Positions 1 to 10,600 of a stretch of 64,000 nt of DNA are shown one piece after another. The stretch lies in assembly GCF_009914755.1 (NCBI RefSeq), contig NC_060945.1; one strand, 5' to 3'. The position numbers and the translations under genes were made by a program. The notes under the pieces were generated by a model. The model searched no databases. It saw only the letters and a program-made list of their open reading frames with translations, and was not told the origin of the DNA. This DNA is from the human T2T-CHM13v2.0 reference genome, Homo sapiens. The first letter of the stretch is position 1. Every line of letters starts with the position of its first letter.

Positions 1-165
1 TGGTGGCAAGAAGGAGAACATCAGGATAAATAGCTAACGCACGCAGGGCTTAACACCTAGGTGATGGGTAGATAGGTGCAGCAAACCACCATGGCACACA
101 TTCACCTATGTAACAAACCTGCTCATCCTGTACATGTAACTCGGAACTTAAAATAAAATAAAATA
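1..165 (+). mobile_element. L1PA-type LINE-1 3' end
   Basis: Typical L1PA 3' UTR (ggtgcagcaaaccaccatggcaca...tatgtaacaaacctgc...cttaaaataaaa) ending in an A-rich tail. Confidence 0.9.
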
Positions 166-1337
166 ATTTTTTTTTTTAAAAAGAGGCCAAACCTTACCTT
201 CTCTCTACCATGTGAGGATACAGCAACATGTGAGATATCTTTAACATCTACTAAAATTCCTGGCTCAGATCAGGTGCTTAATAAGTATTTCTAAACAACT
301 AAAATATTGACTAAACTAATTATGTATTATAATATCAACTAGAATAGGCAGTAAATGAACGTGAGCTTACATTTGCTGCGATAAATTTCTAATTTCTGTT
401 GAGGCATAGCCATTTCAGTATCACGTTAAGGGAGAGAGAGAAAAAGAATGCTATTACAGATATAACTTTTTTCTCAGGATTTTTCGAAAATCAAGATGAT
501 GATTTAGCTAAACTTACACATGTATAGATTTTTTTCCCCTCTGCTGTTATTTTGTTTAAGCAACAAAGGCAACAGTCAAAATTTAAGAAGGTTTGTATGC
601 CTTCCAGACATATACTCGTACCTTCACAAGTACACAGGCCCACACACTGTTTAAGTAAACACTGACCACTGACGATGGGGCTAATTGACTTTACATAATG
701 AAAGAATCAATATAATGTTTGATTTTCCTAAAGTTAATAGTGTGTTACTTATGATCATCTTAGTTCACTTTTACATGGCCATTTAGAATTTTAAACACAG
801 CCATATATGCCAGGTTTTGCAGAAAACCTATCTGTTGGTATTAAGAATGGTAATTGATTTGTTCTAGCAGATTTAGCCTTTGATACAGCATTTTCAACCA
901 TTAACCATCAAATAATTCATTATCCACTGTCAAGTTGTATTAATGCTTTTCACTGGCTCTCTTGAATTGTTCCATTACCAAAAAGTAATTGATAGAACTG
1001 CATACAGCTGTCCTGTCATCCATCTGAACTGACCTAATCATGACCGTTTATCACAACCAGTGCCAAATACCTTGAGGATCTTTTCAAAATGATAGCAATG
1101 GGTGTTCAACCTTTAATGTTCAGGGATTGTGCAAGTCTGTGTTTGATCAAGATTGTAAACACCTATTGGGAATTGCTATTTGTAGATGGTTGTAATATTA
1201 AATATATTAATATTAAAAATGTGTGTGCTCTTGAGCCAAACATATAAGGAGAAAACTTATATTGAATTTATGTGCTGTGGAGTCCATAAGTCATTTCTTT
1301 TTAAGGGAGTGGTCAAATTTTTGTTATAATTAACAAT

Positions 1338-1688
1338 TGTCATCAAGGCAATTGTCATCAAGGCAAGGTATCAAGTTCAAGCCCCAGCTGAGATCTGAGG
1401 GTAGTGGGTAGATGAGGGGTAGGGAGTGGGAAGAACACTGACGAGACAGCAGGTAGATGGGACATGGCTTTATTCAGCAGCTCACTCACACTGTGGGTGT
1501 TTGCATTTATGCACCTGGCAAACAACAGTGGCTACAAGCCAGGTGATGAGCCCTCCCATACTATGGCTACATAGCTGTGATTATATAATGCACAGAATTG
1601 TGTGCCTGGAGTCCAATCTCGTTGAGTCACACAGGATGTTTATCTTGGCCTATGCCTGCCTGGCTGCAGTGCAGCCATGTTCCTTACA
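1338..1688 (-). mobile_element. 3' LTR (LTR18 family)
   Basis: Minus strand begins TGTAAGGAAC at 1688 right after the PPT, has AATAAA at 1469-1474 and ends TGACA at 1353 (or 1338, because of a 15-bp tandem duplication). Confidence 0.85.
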
Positions 1689-1699
1689 CTCCACCCCCT
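1689..1699 (-). promoter_or_regulatory. Retroviral polypurine tract
   Basis: AGGGGGTGGAG immediately 5' of the LTR TG on the minus strand; overlaps the env stop codon (1698-1700). Confidence 0.85.
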
Positions 1700-2900
1700 A
1701 GGCCAAGGTAGTCCTCTTTGTGGGGACCTGTGCACACAGGGCAGTACCCTGGACCCAGAGGCCACAGCAACAATACAGAGAGCAACAACCTACTACCAAT
1801 ATTCCTACTGTGCTACCTATGATTATGAGAACCCAACATAGGCCAGAGCCCAGAGATGCCCACCATCTCTGCAGGGGGTTGTCAGTAAGGCACTCAACCA
1901 CCTTAATCTCCTGTGACATCCCTTGTAAATCTGCTGTTGTGTTCTGCTGGTTGTCAGGGATGAATGTACAACACTGTATGCCTACAAGGGAACATAGTAA
2001 CATCTTGGGCAGCTGTTACTATGTCTAAGGCCATCCAGTTTTGCAGCACCACCTTCCTGATCTGATCAACCTCATCAGTTAACAAAAGGAGGGTAACTTG
2101 GGTGTAATTCAGGGCCCAAGCTGTGTGCACTGCAAGGGCTGTAACCTGCATTTCTACATGAATAACACCTGCTCCTGGGATAGTTATTGCTAAGGGGTAG
2201 AGCCACCAGAGGGCCCGCTGCACTTACAAAAACCAGGAATGTAGCGCCTTCCAGTTATGTGGATGACAAGGCGATGTGGAAAGCACAGTGGCAGGCACAT
2301 GGGCCACCCCCAGCAACAATATCCAGTCCAGTTGGCTGACAGACATGGCCATCCTGTGTTCCCAAATACCCATAAACTCCCAGGGGGCACAAAGTCCATT
2401 GGGGCTTGGGCTTGGTAAGGAGACACATATTATGTTTGCACAGGCTGCAGCGGGCAACAATCCCACAGTGACTTCACCGCAGTGTTGCTCTATATATACA
2501 TCATGGTACCTGCAATGAGAGTACCATGTGCTCTCTCATTAGCCAGCACCACCCATCATGGACACTATAAGTCAGCCGGGGGCAGGCCTGTCATGGGTTT
2601 TGCAATGCCCCCTATCCAAAGCTCACCATGTTGCATTCCAACCACTGTCTGTGGGACCCCAAGTTTCTAGCCAGGTATAGTAGTTCTTTTTAGAAGTTGG
2701 ATGTACATTCCAGGGCAAGCCATCCACAGCTGCTGCTGGAAGGGCAGTGCAGATCCAACAGCTGGAGACATTGGTCACCTGGGCATAGGTGTGGGCCCAG
2801 TCCACAATGGTGTTGGAGCATGTCAACCTACGGCCGGAACCGCAAAGGAGGCACAAGTATTAACAGGGGTAAGTCATGTCCCTCAGGCAAAATACGGGCC
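1698..2900 (-). pseudogene. env: ERV env (SU+TM), disrupted
   Basis: CWIC motif (TNVSSCWICTALP), degenerate furin site before ALWW, immunosuppressive-domain LQNWMALDIVTAAQ, CX6CC (CSLVGIQCC), TM helix LCWVLIIIGSTVGILVV; split across several frames. Confidence 0.85.
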
Positions 2901-3179
2901 AAATTTTCATCTCTGGAAAACAACGCAGCCTCCAAGGACTTCTTCTGCGACAGCTTATCAGATCCCTGTGTTTTTTTAGGGTCTTGTAACTGTGCCAAAG
3001 TCACAGGGGAGCTCATGTTAGACCACACAGGCAGTACACATGTCCCCCGGAGGAGGGTCCCTTCCCTGGCTGTTCCCCTATGAATGGTTAATCGTGAGGA
3101 CCACACATTAAATACCCAAGGAGTAACATGTAAGTCATACTGCAGGCCCTCCCCTCTGGGGGCTATGTCAGCCAACCAT

Positions 3180-5842
3180 CAGCAATGGGGGGCTTGGAGG
3201 GCCAACACCAGGTTTTCTGTTCTGCATTTGAGGCATTGGGGCAGGCAACAACAGATTACCATTTGTCCCCATAACTGGTCGGTGGAAGTCATCCTTGGTT
3301 TGTATCTGTAGCTGGATGGGGGCAGCGGCCCAGTGTCAGTGCCTCCACTGTAGCTGTGCCACCTTTCCATGGCTGCTCATTCAAGTTTTGGAGCGCCAGG
3401 TCCAACCTGGAACTCCAGCACCACAAAGACTGGGGAGTAAGAGTAACATGCAAAAGTAAACCATTCTTCAGGAGTCCACTATATCGCTCAATCATGCCAG
3501 CGGCTTGTGGGTTATAAGGAACGTGGAACCCCCATTGTATGTCCATCCGCTGTGCCCACTGTTGTACCTGCTGTCCAGTGAAATGTGTTCCCGTCACTTT
3601 CAATGGCCAGGGAATGGCTGTATAAGGCACCTAAGTGTTACAAGTCTCGAATGGTGTGTTGCTGGTCAGCCACCCTGCTAAGGTAAGCAAACAACAGGCT
3701 GGTGGCTGTGTCTACAGCTGTCAGTGCATGCGTGTAGCCCTGTGATTTTGGCAGTGGTCCAATGTAATCTATTTGCCATCTTGTCAAGGGCATCTGCCCT
3801 ACACTCACTTGTTGTGTTACACTGAGCAGTGTCTCCATTACACTTGAGTGCATGACGGGCACTTCTCGCAGGCCTCCCAAAAGTCCCGCGAGGGCAAAGA
3901 CAGACCCCAGCACCTATTGACCTGCCGCATCAGCTTATCTCCCACATGTCTCAGTTTCCTGTGTAGCCACAAGGCCGCATCTCATGTAGATGCCGACTCT
4001 AACCAATGGACCTTGACCAAGACATCTGCCTCATCATTACTGGAGGTGGTCAAAGGCATATGACCCTACACATGGTAGACAGTTATAAGGTCTTGCCACA
4101 TGGTTTGGCCCCAAATGGGCCAATGGCCTACAAGCCAATTCTGTAACTTCCAGGTAGTTAACCATAAGGTTAAGCCTCAATAGACTGCTCAACTATCAGT
4201 GCAGTTTACCATAGGCATCTGCTCTTTGGTGATCACCATCCACACTGCCCTGAGTTCAGCCCATTGGCAGCTTGGTCCACACCCAGTATCAAACCATACA
4301 TGTCAATACTAGGCTGGACTGCTGTTGCATTCAAGGCAGCAGTAGTGTCCCAGCTGGACCCATCTGTATAACGTGCCCCATCAGGAATGGGGGGTGCCCT
4401 TCCTTAAACGGTGATGGCTCAGGGTCTAGGAGTGCCTCAGGCCCTGTGGCCTTGTCTTGCATTAGGACTACAGGCCCAGTGACCTCTTGTAACTCTGCTG
4501 CTAAAGGACTTATACTCTGTGAACTTTGCTGCTCCAATTTAGGTGCCCCACTTTGCTAAAGTGGATGTCTATGCCATCCCAGGGTTGGGGGTCATTACCC
4601 ATGAGCACACCCCCCCCCCCCGCTATTGGGTAAGCCATCCATAGGATGACCATAGCCCATCCCTTCATGCTCTTGGCTTACAGGCCTGAAGTGTGGCATA
4701 TGCAGCAGCTAATTGCTTCTCTATCAATGAATATCGGAGCTCCGCTCCTTTCCACAGCTAGGACCAAAAACCTACTGGCATTCTAAAGTGCTCTCTGTGC
4801 TGCCATAAGCCCCAGCCAAAACCATCTGTAGTCACATGTACATCAAGTTCAAATGGGCGTCCCTGATCAATCACTTGTAAGGCCTGTGCTTGCTGAATAG
4901 CCCACTTGGCTGACAGAAAGTCTGTCTCAGCCTCATCATCCCACTCCCAGGTAGCCCCCTTTTTTGGTCAACCAGTACAATGGTTTTATCATTTGAGCCA
5001 AATGGGGCATGAATGGCCAAAAGGCCTACAAAAAGTCTTTAGGTGTAGGCACCTCAAGGGGCCTACAAAGGACTGCAGCTGTCTCACCATGGTGGGTTGG
5101 GGGTATGCCTGGATTTTATTAATGATGGCCTCTGTTAAGGCCTTCATCTTACCTGATCAAATAACTCCTAAGAATTTGGCAGACAATCCAGGCCCTTGGA
5201 CTCTGGATTTGTTGATGGCACAACTGCATACTGCCAAATGTTGCCACAAGAGGGGCGCCGCCACTTCTAAATGTGCAAGAGAATAAGAGGTTAACATAAT
5301 ATCATCAATATAATGGAACAGGTGGACCTCTTTTGGACATTTCCAGGTGGCTAAATCCATGGCCACAAGACCATGATAAACAGTGGGGCTATGTACATAG
5401 CCCTGTGGCAGCACAGTGAAAGTCCATTGTTGTCCTTCCCATGTGAAGGCAAATTGTTGCTGGCTCTCTGGAGCAATGTCAATGGAAAATAATGCATTAG
5501 CCAAATCTACAACATAGTGGTACTGTTCCAGTTCCATTGTCAAGTGGTCCATCAAATCCACAATGGAAGGTACAGCTGCACACAGAAGGGGTGTTACTTT
5601 ATTCAGTTCCGAACAATCCACTGTCATCTGTCAAGTCCCATCAGGCTTTCTGACTGGCCATACCAGGGAACTGTAGGGGATATTGGTGTTATGCACTATT
5701 TGCACCTCCCCTAACTTCTTAATAGGTTCAGTTACCTCCATATATCCCCCTGGCAAATGGTATTGACGAGTGGAGGTAACCTGTCAGGGTTGTGGCAGAA
5801 CTTGGGGCCGGTGATATGTATGTCCATGCAGTACCGGCTTTA
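3180..5842 (-). pseudogene. pol: ERV pol (RT, RNase H, integrase), disrupted
   Basis: RT motifs VVDLANALFSI, QFAFTW, LPQGYVHSP, YIDD (5157-5627); integrase WQIDYIGPLP and GTHFTG...HVPYNPQAAGMIER (3289-3913); stops and frameshifts. Confidence 0.92.
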
Positions 5843-6208
5843 CTACAGGGACTTGAGTCTGAATTCTCTGACCATGGTGTACAAGTCCAGACCATGCAAA
5901 ATGTCCATCCCCAATATACATTCAGGTACGGAAGAGACATACACAGTGTATGGTGGAGGAGCCAAGTGGCCAATGCCAAGATGCAGAGACACAGGTTTCA
6001 CCATCACTGACTGGCCCACATAAACATCAATAAATGCAGCTCTGCCCAGAAACTTATCTGGGTTCCCATAAAAAAGATTGCAGTCTGCACCAGTATTTAC
6101 CAGCGCTAGGACCCATCGTACATTAGTGGCAGACCAGTGGATTGCCAACTCCACGTATGGCCTTCAGTTGCCTGGTTCCCCCGCAACCCAGGTACCTTGG
6201 CCAGTTTC
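5843..6208 (-). pseudogene. pro: ERV aspartic protease, catalytic Asp mutated
   Basis: ALVNTGAD (D->N in the DTG motif) and CILGMDIL motif. Confidence 0.85.
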
Positions 6209-7635
6209 CTAATCAAACAGGAAAGGCTTCGTATCTAAGCCAGTCTGCAAATAGTCCTTGAGCTGAAGCGTCTGGGTGGGACTGGGTTGAGCAACATTGT
6301 TTTGCCCCCTCTTGGGTATTTTCCAGAATTGTTGCTCTGGGGACAATTGCCTCCAGAGCCAACAGCATTCTGTTGGGATGTCTGTCAATTTTCACTGGAG
6401 CAACACAGCTGAAATTAAATCAGTCCACATCTTCATGCGGTTCACCCACTGGAGCCCTCTCTTATCTCGGGGGGTGGGTACCTGTAGATGGAGCATCTTC
6501 CTCTTCTTTATGGCACAATTCCCTGGTCCTGTTGATGGCCTTCTGCCTCCTCGAGGGCTACCATAGTAGTAGTCACTTCATATATGCGACACCCCACATA
6601 CGGGGTGAGGACAGCAGCCAGAGAGGCAAAAGCACTTAGGTGCACTTAGCCCAGAACAAGATTCCTCATATAAGAGACAAAACATTCATCATCTGGCCCC
6701 CAGGTATTCAGATCAAACATGGCCTGCCATATACCCAGCCCCTGGAGTACCTGCACCAAATCGGTATGCCACTGCCATCTACTGACAGTTTCTGGTATTT
6801 CACTGTCATCAGCCACTCAATCAGTGTGGTCACCTTGCCCCTGTGTTCACCAGCTGTAGCTGCTGAGGAAGGGAGGGGTAAGTTGTAATAGAAACCAGCT
6901 TCTCCACCTCAGAGGTGGAGCAGGAAATGCTGTCAGCTCCTTCATCCGAAAGACGAGTAACCAGGCAGGAAGGGGCTCCCCCAAAAGCTGCCCACATTGC
7001 TTGCCTAACTCCCGCAGCTCAGTGAGGGTATAAGCACTATAGGAAGTGTGTTCCACCACAGTAGGGGGGCCCTGAGCCCGCTCCTGAGGTCCCATTGGCT
7101 GCTCATGTTCTACCTTCTGACAGATCACAGGGCGAGCCTGCAGCGGGGAGCCTCCTGCTCCTCAGCATTAGACTGAACGGGGCAGTTCCCTGCCTGGAGA
7201 ACAGGCTCAAGGTCACAGTGACGGCTGTCTCACTGTTTCCTGCCATATTGTTATTTGTTTTGTGGTTGTTTCTTCTTTCTTTCCTTTATTCTTTGTTTCC
7301 TGTTCCAGGCTGCTTTTCTGGGCCTCTAAATGCCCTGTTTGCACCTGGAGGTCCTTACCCACAGTTTTTGCTCCAAGCTGTGCATTTGAGCCCCCAGGCG
7401 CACAGCTTGCACCTGGAGGTCTCTTACCGGCGCAGTGTCCCTTAGGGACTGAACATGTACTTTCTGCAGTGCAGTCAGAAACGCTTATCTGACTCTGCTG
7501 GTGAAGGCGAATTCCTTCTCGTGCTGTGTGCTTCCAGCTGCTTCAGTGCTTTCTCCACACCCACAAGGGACCCATCCACAGCCTCCCACACTTACCCTGG
7601 AGCGCAGTGGAGCATCACTGCCAACGGGTACCTTA
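6209..7635 (-). pseudogene. gag: ERV gag, disrupted
   Basis: ERV-L-like gag segments (YTLTELRELGKQC...GEPLPAWLL), position upstream of pro, ends ...KPFLFD-TAG at 6209-6211. Confidence 0.7.
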
Positions 7636-7649
7636 TGTGCATACATGAC

Positions 7650-10600
7650 AGGTTTAATCCATGTTGTTGCAAATGACAGGATCTCATTTGATTTTATGGC
7701 TAAGTAGTACTCCATTCTGTATAAGTACCACATTTTCTTTAACCATTTATCTGTTGATTGACACTTAGGTTGTTCCCAAATCTTGGCTATTGTGAATAGT
7801 GCTGCAGTAAACATGAGAGTACGTACATCTCTTTGATATATGAATCTCATTTCTTTTGTGTATATACCAAGCAGTGGGATTTCTAGGCCATATGTTAGCT
7901 CTAGTTTAAATTTTTTGAGAAACACCCATACTGTACTCTACAGTAGTTGAACTAACTTACCTTCCCACCAATAATGTACAAAGGTTCCCTTTTCTCCACA
8001 TCCTCACCAGCATTTGTTATTGCTTGACTTTTGGATAAAAGGCATTTTAACTGGGGTGAGATGATATCTCACTGTAATTTTGGTTTGTATTTCTCTGATG
8101 ATCAATGATGTTGAGTACATTTTCATATACCTTTTTGCCACTTTTATGTTTTCTTTTGACAAATGTCTATTCAGATCTTCTGCCCATTTTTCAATCAGAT
8201 TATTAGATTATTTCCTATTGAGTTGTTTGTGACCCTTGTGTATTCTGGTTATTAATTCCTTGTCAGATGGATAGTATACAAATATTTTCTCCCTTTCTTT
8301 GGGTTGTCTCTTCACCTTGATGATTGTTTTCTTTGCTGTGAAGAAGCTGTTTAATTTGATGTGACCCAATTTGTCCATTTTTGCTTTGATTGCTCGTGCT
8401 TGCTTGATATAGCTCAAGAAATATTTGACCTGTCCAAGGGCCTGGAGAGTTTCCTCAGTGTTTCACTGTAGTAGTTTCACAGTGTCAGGGCTTAGGTTTA
8501 AGTCTTTAATCCATTTTGATTTGACTTTGTATACGGTGAGAGATGTGGGCATGCTTTCATTCTTCTGCATATAGATATACAGTTTTCCCGACACGATTTA
8601 CTGAAGAGACTGTCCTTTTCGCAGCATATGTTCTAGATGCCATTATGAAAAATGAATTCACTGTAGATGTATGGATTTATTTCTGAGTTCTCTATTCTGT
8701 TTCATTGGTCTATGTGTCTGTTTTTATGCCAGCACTATGCTTTTTTTTTTTTTTTTTTTTTTTGGTTACTATAGCTCTATAGTATAATTTGAAGTCAGGT
8801 AATGTGATTCCTCCAGTTTTGTTGTTTTTGCTGAGAACAAACTCAGATCATTTATGGTTCCATAAAAACTGTAGGATTGTTTTTGTCAATTTCTATGAAG
8901 CATGATGTTGATATTTTGATAGGGATTTAATTGAATCTGTAGATTGCTTTGGGAAGTATAGAAATTTTAAAAATATAAATTCTTCCAATCCATGAACATG
9001 GAATATCTTTCCATTATTTTGTTCCCTCTTCAACTTATTTCATCAATGTTGTATAGTTTTCATTATAGAGATTTTTCACTTATTTGGTTAATTTCTAGGT
9101 ATTTTATTTTTTATTTGTAGTAATTGTAAATGCAATTGCTTTCTTGATTTCTTTCTCAGATTATTTGCTGTTGGCATATAGAAATGCTTCTAATTTTTGT
9201 ACATTGATTTTGTATCCTGCAACTATACTGAATTTGTTTATCAGTTCTAACTGTTTTTTAGTGGAATCTTTTAGTTTTCCCAAGTGTAAGAATATATCAT
9301 CAGCAAACAAAGATAATTTGACTGCTTTCATTCCAATTTGGATGACCTTTATTTCTTTCTCTTGTCTGATTGCTCTAGCTAGGACTTCCAGTACTATGTT
9401 GAATACCAGTGGTAAAAGTGGGCACCCTTATATTGTTCCAGTTCTTAGAGACAAGGCTTTAAGTTTTTCCTCATTCAATATGATACTAGCTGTGGGTCTG
9501 TCATATATGGCTTTTCTTGTGTTGAGGTATATTCCTTCTATACTCAGTTTTTGAGGGTTTTTATTATGAAAGGATGTTGAATTTATCAAACAGTTTTTCA
9601 GCATCAATCAAAATTGTCATAAGGTTTTTGTCCTTATTCTGTTGATACGATGTATCACATTGATTGATTTGCATATGTTAAACCATTCTTGCATCCCTTG
9701 GATAAATTGCACTTGGCTATGAATAATGATATTTTTAATGTGCTACTGAATTTTGTTTGCTAGTATTTTCTTGAAAATTTTTGCATCAATGTTCATGAGG
9801 GAGATTGCCTGTGGTTTTCTTTTTTTGATGTCTCATTGTCAGATTTTGGCATCAGGGTAATACTAGCCTCTTTGAATGTGTTCAGAAGTATTCCTTCCTC
9901 ATCTATTTTTTGAAATAGTTTGAATAGGATTGTTATTTGTTCTTCTTCAAATGTTTGTTAAAATTCAGCAGTGAGGCCATCAGGCCCCAGGATTTTCTTT
10001 GATGGGATACTTTTTATTATGGCTTCAATCTCATTACTTGTTATTAGTCTGTTTAGGTCTTAAATCCTTCATGTTTCAATTGTGGTAAATTGTATGTGTC
10101 TATGAATTTATCTATTTCTTCTACATTTTTTAATTTATTGGAATATAGTTGCTTCATAGTAGCCTTTAATGATTATTTGGATGGTTCTAGTGTCTCCTTC
10201 TTTTATCTCTGAAATTATTTACTTAGGTCTTCTCTCTTTTTTTCTTAGATAGTCTGGGTAAAAATGTGCTGATTTTGTTTTCTTCAAAAAACCAAGCTTT
10301 TGCTTCATTAATCTTTTGTATGTTTTTGTTTCAATTTCATTTATTTCTGCTCTTATCTCTGTTATTCATTTCCTTTTACTAAACTTGGATTTAATTTGTT
10401 CTTAACTTTCTAGATCTTTAAGATGACGAGTTAGGTTGTTTATTTGAGACATTTTTTTAACTTTTTATGTTGTAGGATTTACAGCTATAAACTTTTTTCT
10501 TAGTAGTGCTTTTGCCTTATCCCATAGGTTTTGGTATGTTGTGTTTTCGTTATCATTTGTTTCAATAAATGTTTAAATATTCTCCTTAATTTCTTCATTA

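Larger units (their letters stand above)
1338..7640 (-). mobile_element. Degraded HERV-S/HERV18 (HERVL18-int, LTR18) provirus, missing 5' LTR and PBS
   Basis: gag-pro-pol-env order on the minus strand, ERV-L-like RT (YIDD) and integrase motifs, PPT, and an LTR starting TGTAAGGAACATGGCTGCA (LTR18-like). Confidence 0.85.

Noticed and set aside
4609-4621. C13 tract in pol as a possible frameshift signal
   Set aside because: More simply a post-insertion homopolymer expansion in a dead provirus.
1426-7707. Many plus-strand ORFs over the provirus
   Set aside because: Antisense shadows of GC-richer ERV coding remnants; no recognisable domains.
9144-9554. 136-aa hydrophobic ORF
   Set aside because: Typical antisense translation of L1 ORF2; not a gene.
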